Shown here piece by piece: positions 9,420 to 17,283 of a stretch of DNA of 27,814 bases. The notes below the pieces were generated by a model, which was not told the origin of the DNA, did not search any database, and worked only from the letters and a program-made list of their open reading frames with translations. Position 1 is the first letter of the stretch, and every line of letters starts with the position of its first letter. Source of the DNA: Candidatus Bathyarchaeia archaeon (GTDB taxonomy: Archaea; Thermoproteota; Bathyarchaeia; Bathyarchaeales; Bathycorpusculaceae); NCBI GenBank assembly GCA_049512935.1, contig JBEKWR010000026.1:1-27814 (forward strand), read 5' to 3'. The position numbers and the translations under genes were made by a program.

Positions 9420-9739
9420 TTGGGCTGGCGAGTTGGTGTGTGGCTTTCGGACCCAAAAAATGCTGGGTCTGAGGAAACTCCGCCCACGTGTAGAATTGCA
9501 GCCCTATGATGGGGCAACGCGAGAGCGTTGGCAACAGAGCAGAAACGAAACGTCCAGTTGGACAGGCGATGACGCGTTTGTGACGCTGAGTGCGCCAACC
9601 TGGAAACGGTGAAACGGCCGTCCTGCAAGTGGAAAGGGCAAACAGTCGCCGATGCGGAATCTACCCAAGGCGCGGGTAGCCCGATTAGCCGAATGCCACA
9701 ACAACAGAAGGCGGGTTACAACCAACACACCACGCCCAA
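9420..9739 (+). ncRNA. rnpB: Archaeal RNase P RNA
   Basis: GAGGAAACTCCGCC (9471-9484) pairs with AACAGAAGGCGGGTTA (9703-9718) to form P4. Also P1 TTGGGC..GTTGGT/ACCAAC..GCCCAA, P2 GTGGC/GCCAC, P3 GGACCCA/TGGGTCT, a GNRA hairpin AACGC-GAGA-GCGTT, TGAAACGGCCGTCC, and a K-turn-like CGATGA..CTGA in P12. Confidence 0.95.
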
Positions 9740-9883
9740 ATTTAATATAAGTAAATTGAGCACGCGCTAGCTATGCACGCGAGCAAACGGTTTTTAGATG
9801 CTAATTGTAGGTTTGTTAGACACAAGTCTTGCTACAGACGATTTCCGAAAAGATTATCAGCAACAAAGAAGAAAAAAACTTTA

Positions 9884-10348
9884 ATGATGTCAATGAGAAG
9901 ACTTGTTTGTCTATTGCTCATTCTATGCTTTTCCATCAGTGTTATTGGAGCTGTGCATGCAAATGCAGGAAGTTTCAACTTAGCTCCTGAAAATCAGACT
10001 GTTTGCAACATAGCCGCCTCTTCTGGAGACAGAGTTCAACTGACTTTCACAGCTGTCGGCGATGATTCTAACTCGTTGTTGTTCTGGATAGCCTTCCCAA
10101 ACGCGACGGTCACAAAGCCTGGAAATGTTGACCAATATTCTGCCAGTTTTAGGTCCAACGTGGGAGGAACATACGAACTATATTTCAACAATACTAGTTC
10201 AACAGAAACTATACTTGTTACCCTCAACTACGAAGTAGATCACTACATTCTCGGAATCCCCGAAATGATTTTCGCTCTAGCAGCCATAGCTGTTCTTTTG
10301 ATGGCCTTCGCCTCAGTTTACATCATAATGAGCAAGAACACTAGCTGA
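9884..10348 (+). CDS. Secreted GOLD/emp24-like domain protein with C-terminal TM
   Basis: Signal peptide; GDRVQLTFTAVG..LLFWIAFP..GGTYELYFNNTSS..VTLNYEV resembles a GOLD domain; TM helix and short tail. Confidence 0.65.
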   Translation: MMSMRRLVCLLLILCFSISVIGAVHANAGSFNLAPENQTVCNIAASSGDRVQLTFTAVGDDSNSLLFWIAFPNATVTKPGNVDQYSASFRSNVGGTYELYFNNTSSTETILVTLNYEVDHYILGIPEMIFALAAIAVLLMAFASVYIIMSKNTS

Positions 10349-10411
10349 AGCGCGCACTAATCCCCTTTCCCTATCTTAAGGAACACAGGGACTTATAGCT
10401 AACCAATAACT

Positions 10412-10430
10412 TTGGTAAGGCAAGCTTACC
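10412..10430. terminator. Hairpin between convergent genes
   Basis: TGGTAAG-gcaag-CTTACCA, perfect 7-bp stem. Confidence 0.4.
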
Positions 10431-10441
10431 ACCTTTCGCAC

Positions 10442-11041
10442 CTAAGGACCCTGTTTTTGCCCAAACAAACCAGCAAGTATTGCTGAAACTAAACAATCAA
10501 CCCCTATCAAGACAAGCGTTATTCCAGTAAAATACGTGTAAGTGAGATAAACGGTTAAGCTGCCTTCTGAGTGAATAGGAGTCATTTGAAAAAGAATAAT
10601 TATGATTGAGAAAACTCCAATTATTATTCCTATCAATGAAATAAACGCTCTTAAACCAGACTTATACTCAGTTGTTAGCGCTCCAATAGTGACCCGACCG
10701 ACTGCGTAACTTAGCAATCCAATACCAAACAAGAGATGAAGCCAACGCTCCCCTATCACCACCATTTGAAAATACAAAATCACAACTGCCATAGCTACGG
10801 TTAATACGCTTGTAACAACGTTAATTTTCTTAGGTAGACTCAGTGTCTCAAATGAGAAAACGCTGGCCAATCTAAAAATTCCCACGATAAGCATTGCCAC
10901 CGCCAAAAGTGTAACCCCATAAAACATGATTTCTGCGCCAATTCCAAGGTTAAAAAACTTAAAAGGGTACAAAGTAACGATGCCTATTATTAATGCCAAC
11001 AACCCAACAAGAAATTCCAGTACTATCATGGAATTTTTCAT
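10442..11041 (-). CDS. Six-TM membrane protein (HdeD/DUF308-like)
   Basis: Six hydrophobic helices with GLLALIIG and GIFRL motifs; AT-rich. Confidence 0.7.
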   Translation of the reverse strand: MKNSMIVLEFLVGLLALIIGIVTLYPFKFFNLGIGAEIMFYGVTLLAVAMLIVGIFRLASVFSFETLSLPKKINVVTSVLTVAMAVVILYFQMVVIGERWLHLLFGIGLLSYAVGRVTIGALTTEYKSGLRAFISLIGIIIGVFSIIIILFQMTPIHSEGSLTVYLTYTYFTGITLVLIGVDCLVSAILAGLFGQKQGP

Positions 11042-11250
11042 AGGTACACGTTAATATGATTTTGTTGTTTCTGCATAAAAGATTTGCTAAACTCAATTTA
11101 TTGTAATTAACCAAAGTTAATCTCTAATACAGACAAGAAGGAATTGTTGAGATAGTGACAGTGTAACTAGAACACAAAAGAGTAAGAAATTACTTAGCCC
11201 TAAGGCATGGTACAACCAGCACCAGCCCCAAAGCTCAGAGTACTTGGCAA

Positions 11251-11625
11251 TTAGACAATTCTTATGTTATCTTTGCCGACACTGGCAAGTTTCCGGTCTC
11301 TTGTCAGCAAAACTTCACCATAAGCCAAGGCAATGCCTGCGATAAGCACGTCGTTCTCATTTATCATCCTGCCAGTCTCTTGCAGTTCTTGAAAAAGATT
11401 TGCTGCCTCTTTGGCGGCTACTCTGTCAAAAGAGTAAACTGTCGCGCCAGAAAGAAATCGTTCTGCTGCTTGTTTCCTTATTCTAGCTTTGTGCCTAAGC
11501 AATTCATATTCGGTTATGGTTGTAGTCTTGACATCTTCTCTGGTTAAGATTTCTTTTATTAAGGCGATAATTTTCTGATCGCCTGATAAGTAATCTATTA
11601 TGACGCTTGTATCGAGAAGCGTCAT
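11251..11625 (-). CDS. vapC: VapC PIN-domain toxin
   Basis: LLDTSVIID, TEYELL, NDVLIAGIA, LLTRD: conserved acidic PIN residues. Confidence 0.93.
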   Translation of the reverse strand: MTLLDTSVIIDYLSGDQKIIALIKEILTREDVKTTTITEYELLRHKARIRKQAAERFLSGATVYSFDRVAAKEAANLFQELQETGRMINENDVLIAGIALAYGEVLLTRDRKLASVGKDNIRIV

Positions 11626-11849
11626 TCAAATTTCCTTCCGTAATTTGCTTCTCTTTCAGCTTCTATTTGTTTTTTCAGTTGCTCAAGCTCTTCTTTGTCG
11701 TCTTTTAGGATGCCCGCTAAGCTCATGATATCTACGCGTTTTTCTTTGGGGCAGAGGCTTTCTTTGATTACCTGTGAAAAGCTTTTCTTCCCTTTTCTTT
11801 CTAAGAGCAGTTCGTATACTTCGTTTGAAACTGAAATCTGTCTTGCCAC
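11622..11849 (-). CDS. vapB: VapB antitoxin
   Basis: RQISVSNEVYELL..K.KKSFSQVI archaeal VapB pattern; 4-nt overlap with vapC. Confidence 0.88.
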   Translation of the reverse strand: MARQISVSNEVYELLLERKGKKSFSQVIKESLCPKEKRVDIMSLAGILKDDKEELEQLKKQIEAEREANYGRKFE

Positions 11850-11861
11850 CGCTATTCACCG

Positions 11862-11893
11862 ATACATAATGTATACATACTTTCTGATATATC
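11862..11893 (-). promoter_or_regulatory. vapBC promoter with palindromic operator
   Basis: Overlapping palindromes ATACAT-A-ATGTAT and ATGTATACAT (11862-11878) lie just downstream of TATA-like GATATATC. Confidence 0.55.
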
Positions 11894-12006
11894 TGCCTAC
11901 GGTAGATGCATGATCAGGGTGGGAGAAGATATGCGTCCGCCAAGTTTTTTGTTCTGAGCCTTTTCGGGAAATGAACGTGACTTTGGTTTTACGGTGTTCC
12001 ACCTAT

Positions 12007-12441
12007 TCAGATTATAATTTGTTGCTCTTTCAGAAAACTCTTGACTTGTTCATGTATTTGGTCTCTGACTTCCCTGAATTTAACAAGTTTTTCCTCTTCC
12101 GTGCCTTCAAAATTTGTAGGGTCATCTATATTCCAGCTTAATCTTGCTGCTGCGCCGAGGATGGTTGGGCAGCCTTCTTCCTCATCTTTTTTGCAGACAG
12201 TTATTGCAACCGCGAAAAACTTGTCCCTCGTCAGCTGCCGCAGTTCTTTCGGCTGCTGGTTAGAGATGTCGTAGCCGATTTCCCGCATCACTTCTATGGC
12301 GTAGGGATGGATCGGTTTAGGGTCAAAGCCGGCGCTGTAAACGTCAAAGTAGTCTCCCGCGTATTTCTTGAGAAAAGCTTCCGCCATCTGGCTTCTAGTG
12401 CAGTTGCATGTACCCATGAAAATGATTTTAAGTTTGTTCAA
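12007..12441 (-). CDS. ArsC/LMW-PTP-family protein with non-canonical P-loop
   Basis: RSQMAEAF, VYSAG, IHPYAIEVMREIGYDIS, ITVC..GCP, DDP..FREVRDQI; the P-loop reads GTCNCTRS instead of CTGNSxRS. Confidence 0.88.
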   Translation of the reverse strand: MNKLKIIFMGTCNCTRSQMAEAFLKKYAGDYFDVYSAGFDPKPIHPYAIEVMREIGYDISNQQPKELRQLTRDKFFAVAITVCKKDEEEGCPTILGAAARLSWNIDDPTNFEGTEEEKLVKFREVRDQIHEQVKSFLKEQQIII

Positions 12442-12530
12442 ACCGGTGGCACCCTAGACATCTTATTTTCTGCGCCTTGTCCTTATAACACTTGTTTGAA
12501 GCCGCAACAAAGAGTCTAATCGAAAACGAA

Positions 12531-12833
12531 CTATTCAGTGAAATTGACGGTGTCAACTCTATAATGTTCAACGTCAGGTTGCCTTTCCAAAAAAGGCATA
12601 GCTTTGTCAACAGCTGAAGAGAACAGTTCATGGGAGCCTAAAAACGACTCGTCATCATCCCACATTGTAAGGATTGTGGCAACGTTGTCTTGGTCACATG
12701 AAAACAGCGAAACATAGCCTCGATAACCCTTTGCGCTTCGCACCAGTTTGTTTAATATAATGTCTAACTCTGAGAAGCCTTCTTCGCGTTTTCCAGCTTT
12801 AAAGTAGAACTTGGCAATTCTGGCGACAACCAT
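12531..12833 (-). CDS. Antibiotic biosynthesis monooxygenase (ABM) domain protein
   Basis: ARIAKFYFKAGKREE..KGYRGY..ILTMWDDDES..PDVEHYRV ferredoxin-like pattern. Confidence 0.75.
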   Translation of the reverse strand: MVVARIAKFYFKAGKREEGFSELDIILNKLVRSAKGYRGYVSLFSCDQDNVATILTMWDDDESFLGSHELFSSAVDKAMPFLERQPDVEHYRVDTVNFTE

Positions 12834-12936
12834 TTGAAAACACCCAAGTATCTACTGATTAGCAGCCCTCATATATGTTATACCCCCAAACTTGCTTCTA
12901 AAAACTTAAATAGCGTTACCGTTTGAATAGCTGCCC

Positions 12937-13213
12937 ATGCCGTATGAGCTTATTCCTTTTCCAATCTCTACCCCGCTCTTTTTTGCCTTGATAGCTGCTT
13001 CACTAGTTGGTTTTATGGAAACTTCGGAGGGCGGGAAAAGTTTACCGTTTTCTACTCTTTTTAGGCATCGCTTTTTTAGCAGTTGCCGTGGTCTCCACGC
13101 TTTACGTTTTCACTGCCCCTGCTGCTCCCGTCGGCGATGGACCTGGAAATCGACCGAAAATTATACATATGCGTTTTGTAAAGTGGTTAGTGACCTGTTT
13201 TGAAAAAAGATGA
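12937..13213 (+). pseudogene. Probable small two-TM protein split by a frameshift near 13009
   Basis: Frame A gives MPYELIPFPISTPLFFALIAASLV; the +1 frame continues VLWKLRRAGKVYRFLLFLGIAFLAVAVVSTLYVF. TATA-like CTTAAATA near 12905. Confidence 0.45.
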
Positions 13214-13664
13214 ATATGACACGCTTGAAGTCGTCCCGCATGTCGATTTACAAAAATATTTAGGCAAATGGTTTGAGATTGCGCATCTTCCTTTCCGATT
13301 TGAAGACGGCTGTTCTGATATTACGGCAACTTACGGCTTGTCTCAGGACGGCAGAATAAGCGTTCTCAACGAGTGCCGAAAGAATGGCAAAGTGAAACGG
13401 GCAAAGGGCAAGGCAAAAGTGGTTGATAAGAACACAGGAGCAAAGCTTAAAGTAACATTCTTCTGGCCATTCTACGGTGACTACTGGATCATAAGCTTGG
13501 GAAATGATTACGATTACGCCGTTGTAGGCACACCAAACCGCAAGTACCTTTGGATACTGAACAGAACCGCACAGATGGATGACAAGCTGTTTTCCCAATT
13601 AACAGAACTTGCAACGTCAAAAGGCTTCGACATTCAAAACCTCATCAGAACTAGCCATACCTGA
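13200..13664 (+). CDS. blc: Blc-type lipocalin without signal peptide
   Basis: VDLQKYLGKWFEIA, AKLKVTFFWPFYGDYWII, DYDYAVVG.P.RKYLWIL.R. Confidence 0.9.
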   Translation: MKKDEYDTLEVVPHVDLQKYLGKWFEIAHLPFRFEDGCSDITATYGLSQDGRISVLNECRKNGKVKRAKGKAKVVDKNTGAKLKVTFFWPFYGDYWIISLGNDYDYAVVGTPNRKYLWILNRTAQMDDKLFSQLTELATSKGFDIQNLIRTSHT

Positions 13665-14014
13665 AGAAAACCCTGTCCGTCCGCGGTTTCAACACCTTTC
13701 CAAATGGAGCAAACGGAAAGAAAGGGTCAGTGTTACGGGGTTGTCATTAGTTTTGAAGAGGAATCATTATGAGGTGCGGTTGTTATTTTCATTGTTTGCT
13801 TGGCGCGCAGTTTGGAGGTTGAACGGTTTTGACGACTAAGACTTTGGTTTGCGGCTGCGTTTATGAAGAGAACGAGTGGATGCTTGTCCGAATAAAAGAA
13901 TGTGAAAGGCACCATAAGGAGCGAACCAAAAAGGTGGAGTATAGGCCAAAAGCGGAATGCAACAGGACAGATACGCGAGGCGAATGAGCCGTCTAGGCTT
14001 TGCCAGCGGATAGA

Positions 14015-14061
14015 CTTTATAAGGAGTTCAACATTAGGCATGGTTGCAAAGCGATTTGCAA
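14015..14061 (+). promoter_or_regulatory. TATA box plus leader GNRA hairpin of the CxxC-x17-CxxC gene
   Basis: CTTTATAA at 14015-14022; TTGCAAA-GCGA-TTTGCAA at 14044-14061. Confidence 0.6.
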
Positions 14062-14090
14062 AGTAACGAAATAGGAAGTGAAAAAACAAA

Positions 14091-14234
14091 ATGTCATACG
14101 GTAGCAAAGAGATGCACAAGGCAACCTGCGCTGACTGCGGAAAAGAATGCGAAGTTCCTTTCAAGCCAGACGGAACCAGGCCAGTATATTGCCGTGAGTG
14201 CTATTCAAAACGCAGACCACCACGAAGATATTAA
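14091..14234 (+). CDS. CxxC-x17-CxxC zinc-ribbon microprotein (47 aa)
   Basis: MSYGSKEMHKATCADCGKECEVPFKPDGTRPVYCRECYSKRRPPRRY; hallmark VPFKP..RPVYC. Below the ORF-track cutoff. Confidence 0.93.
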   Translation: MSYGSKEMHKATCADCGKECEVPFKPDGTRPVYCRECYSKRRPPRRY

Positions 14235-14373
14235 GCTATTAAGCTAACATCTTAACTCGTTCAACAATTTTCTTTTTTCTTTATTTTAACGTTGCAATTT
14301 TTGGTGAAAAGCGAAAAGATGCGAAAAATGTTTTAACTTGTATGCTGTTCTTAACTTCTTATTGGGTGACTTC

Positions 14374-14502
14374 ATGCCAAGTGTAGCAAAACGTAAAGCA
14401 AAAAACACGCAGAATGAACAAAGAAAAAGAATGGAACGCGAGAAAGAAGCGAAGAAGAAACAGATGAGGCAGCAGCTTCCGGCTAAAGGCCAGAAACGTT
14501 AA
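14374..14502 (+). CDS. Basic microprotein A (42 aa)
   Basis: MPSVAKRKAKNTQNEQRKRMEREKEAKKKQMRQQLPAKGQKR; TTTTAA box near 14331, SD GGTGA, downstream hairpin plus T-tract near 14536-14560; similar to microprotein B. Confidence 0.75.
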   Translation: MPSVAKRKAKNTQNEQRKRMEREKEAKKKQMRQQLPAKGQKR

Positions 14503-14617
14503 ACCTAAAAACCAGTGTTCGGGTTGGCTGCGGCGCCTTGAAAGATTTCAGGCTTTTTCTCAGGTTAACTATTGAAAGTTTTTATTTAGTTGTCATAGTA
14601 GTAAATAGGGACCGTGT

Positions 14618-14863
14618 ATGAAATTAGCTGAAATCGCCATTTTGCTGAGGGAAATCGTTGACAGATGCCCAAATTTAGAGGGAAGCACCTTCACGTTGAT
14701 ACCCCAGAAAGCCGTGTACCCCCTGTTCAACGGATACCACATAAATATTAAGACAAACATTTCGAAGGAAAGCATAGGTTGCCTGCGGAAAATAGTGGAA
14801 GGGCACGACTTGGTGATGCAGATTAAGACTGATTCAGTGATAGTTTACGAAACCAGAGGTTAA
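14618..14863 (+). CDS. Hypothetical protein (81 aa)
   Basis: Globular alpha/beta-like composition; TATA-like TTTTTAT near 14580. Confidence 0.65.
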   Translation: MKLAEIAILLREIVDRCPNLEGSTFTLIPQKAVYPLFNGYHINIKTNISKESIGCLRKIVEGHDLVMQIKTDSVIVYETRG

Positions 14864-14973
14864 CGCCCGAACCGCATCAGTTACGCCCACGCATCAAAAA
14901 AGGAAAAAGACAGGCGGACCACAGCAACGTTTTTGAGCACCAAATCCCATGGGCTTGTAAGGTTGACTAATTT

Positions 14974-15102
14974 ATGTCCAGAAGAGAAAAGAAAGCTGAT
15001 GGTCTAGAGCAGCACAAGAAACTTCAACGCGAAAAAGACCTGAAGCGAAAACAACGAAAACAGGTAGCCCTTCCAGCAAAACACACAAAAGGCAAAAAAT
15101 AA
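14974..15102 (+). CDS. Basic microprotein B (42 aa)
   Basis: MSRREKKADGLEQHKKLQREKDLKRKQRKQVALPAKHTKGKK; followed by AAACGC..GCGTTT hairpin and T-tract. Confidence 0.75.
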   Translation: MSRREKKADGLEQHKKLQREKDLKRKQRKQVALPAKHTKGKK

Positions 15103-15162
15103 TTAAACGCGCTTACAGCGTTTTTCCCTTTTTTAAAATTAAATTTTTGCGCCCGTAAACGA

Positions 15163-15321
15163 TTACGCGTCAGTTTGTGCCTTCAATGCCCGCTGTTTTC
15201 TTAACAGGTTCTTTCTCATCACTTTATAGTTCGGTTTTGTAATAACGCGGTAAATTTTTCCATGCGTGTTCTTATAGGTTTTTGTTCCGCTTGATTTCAG
15301 TTTGGGTTTTCTTTCTTTCAT
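15163..15321 (-). CDS. Basic microprotein C (52 aa)
   Basis: MKERKPKLKSSGTKTYKNTHGKIYRVITKPNYKVMRKNLLRKQRALKAQTDA; strong SD AAGGAGG 10 nt upstream. Confidence 0.75.
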   Translation of the reverse strand: MKERKPKLKSSGTKTYKNTHGKIYRVITKPNYKVMRKNLLRKQRALKAQTDA

Positions 15322-15492
15322 TCGAAAATTGCCTCCTTCTAAAATTTCCGTTGCAACCTATTATCCAGTTAAGCCTATTTTAGGCTGCCTACTGAATGAA
15401 GGGAATCCCTGATATTTAGGTAATTTTGGGTACTCAACGTTTTAGAAAATGATAAATACTGAATGTTTTGATACGTAATTCGGGAATTAGCT

Positions 15493-15894
15493 GTGGCTAA
15501 ACTTAGGGTTAAGCCGTTGAAGGCAACTGTATCGGCAATAATAGGAGTTGTATTTTTGGTTCTCGCCGCTTGGCAATGGGGCACAGATTCCGTTGCATCT
15601 TTCGTCCTCGTTTTATGCAGCTTCTTTTCTTTCATGGCTATCCCCGCATTCATCTACCCGCTCAGCAAAGGCTCCGTTCAACAGCACTCTCCGAGCCCGA
15701 CACTGATAAGAAAGGAACCCAAAGACCCCTTGGAGCTGGAAAAAGAAATAGGGCACTTAAACGGGAAGTTTCAAGTTGTCGGTATGATAAATATTGCAAT
15801 CGGACTATTTCTGACGGTTTATGGGTTACGGCAGCCGCTTTTTTTCATAATAGGATTGTTCGATGTGGGATTAGGGTTTTACCTGTTTTTATAA
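15493..15894 (+). CDS. Small four-TM hypothetical membrane protein
   Basis: Two hydrophobic hairpins separated by a charged linker. Confidence 0.6.
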   Translation: MAKLRVKPLKATVSAIIGVVFLVLAAWQWGTDSVASFVLVLCSFFSFMAIPAFIYPLSKGSVQQHSPSPTLIRKEPKDPLELEKEIGHLNGKFQVVGMINIAIGLFLTVYGLRQPLFFIIGLFDVGLGFYLFL

Positions 15895-16014
15895 TTCGCA
15901 CCAAAACAGCACCCAAGCCAGACAACCCACCCATTGCTGCGGCATACCTTCTGGTTTTTTTCGAAAATTATTAAAGCGCTAACTTGCATAACGTAACATC
16001 TGGAGAACAAACAA

Positions 16015-16104
16015 ATGCCGAAAAAAGAAAAACCCTTAACTAAAAAAGAGCGAGACGCAAAAAGAAAAGCACGTAAAGAAAAGCCGAGTAAAACACAGAG
16101 CTAG
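16015..16104 (+). CDS. Basic microprotein D (29 aa)
   Basis: MPKKEKPLTKKERDAKRKARKEKPSKTQS; BRE/TATA GAAAATTATTAAA near 15963-15975, SD GGAG at 16002, downstream GGGAAAA..TTTTCCC hairpin. Confidence 0.65.
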   Translation: MPKKEKPLTKKERDAKRKARKEKPSKTQS

Positions 16105-16362
16105 AATCTGTGGCTGGAGAGTGGGAAAATCCTTTTTTCCCAATTTTCCCCTTCAGTTCTTGCATGAAATAAAAAATCGCTGCGTTTTTTTAAAATTCTT
16201 TTTGCTGCCAACCTGCAAGTTCCAAAACCGTAGGGTTAAGCTTCTTTTATCGTGACTGCTAAAAGTCAAGTTTTTCTTAAGACGGTTGTTTTTGGGGAAA
16301 GCATAATAAGAAATCGCGCCTCCATACTTAGCCTTAAGGAACGCAGACAAGGAAAATTTTGA

Positions 16363-17169
16363 ATGGAACAAAAGAAGGGTGTAAGCATAAAAGTTGCCTT
16401 AGGCGTCGCGGTTCTCTGCATCGTTTTAGTGGTTGCTGTGGTCGGCGTGTTTGAGAATGAAAAGTCAAGCCTTCAAAGCGAAGCGTCTTCTAAGAGCTTA
16501 ACCATCACCTCTTTGAACGCTGAAATCATTTCCTTGAACACTCTAATAGCTAATCTTACAGGGCAGATAACTTCAGAGAACGCTTCAATAACGAGCCTCC
16601 AGAACCAGCTTATCACTGACACCAACAAGTCTGCAACTCAACACGACTCAATACAGACGTTAATAACATCAGAAGAAGCCTCGGAAGCAAGAGATGAAGC
16701 GCAGGTATCCTCTTTGAACACGCAATTAACAAACTTGAAAAACGGGGTTTCAACGTTAATAGACAATTACGAGCCGTCACCGAGCAACCCTGCAAGCAAC
16801 TACAGCGGCACTGGCCAATTTAACATCGCCATCCCAGTGGGGCAAAGTCCGCTTTCAGGAGCGACCACGGCAACCGTCAGTTGCCCTGTTGCGCAAAGCG
16901 GAAACAGCGTGCAGTTGGCTTTGGAGCTCAAGTTTACAAGCGTCACGGGAAGTGTGCCGTTGAGCACCGGCGAATCCATGACTTTCAACTTTGCCGGCGC
17001 AACTTCTGGCTCACAAGTTAGCGCGACTGCTCAAGGTCTCTTCGGAAGCCTCATTTTCAATTTCAACCTTGACGGCACAATCACGCAGAACACGTTGACT
17101 TTCACGTTGAAGTCGGCTTCAAACTCTCAGGTCACCATCTCCACGCCTCAGCAGATAGCTCTCTCTTAG
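16363..17169 (+). CDS. Membrane-anchored coiled-coil protein with beta-rich C-terminal head
   Basis: N-terminal TM, heptad Ser/Thr-rich stalk, beta-strand-rich C-terminal domain. Confidence 0.8.
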   Translation: MEQKKGVSIKVALGVAVLCIVLVVAVVGVFENEKSSLQSEASSKSLTITSLNAEIISLNTLIANLTGQITSENASITSLQNQLITDTNKSATQHDSIQTLITSEEASEARDEAQVSSLNTQLTNLKNGVSTLIDNYEPSPSNPASNYSGTGQFNIAIPVGQSPLSGATTATVSCPVAQSGNSVQLALELKFTSVTGSVPLSTGESMTFNFAGATSGSQVSATAQGLFGSLIFNFNLDGTITQNTLTFTLKSASNSQVTISTPQQIALS

Positions 17170-17283
17170 GCGCATGCCGCTAGGCGGATGAGACAGTGCG
17201 CAAATGGGCGTTCTTAAGAAAAACATAAAAAGAAAACAGGCTTTACAGGAAAAGACGTGAAGGAAACAACAGGAAAAATTTTA

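Noticed and set aside
8909-9728. ORFs 8909-9628(-), 9334-9612(+), 9340-9534(-), 9504-9728(-)
   Set aside because: They overlap the RNase P RNA and have no protein-like features.
13733-14164. 143-aa minus-strand ORF
   Set aside because: It overlaps the well-supported zinc-ribbon gene and its promoter, and has no motifs.
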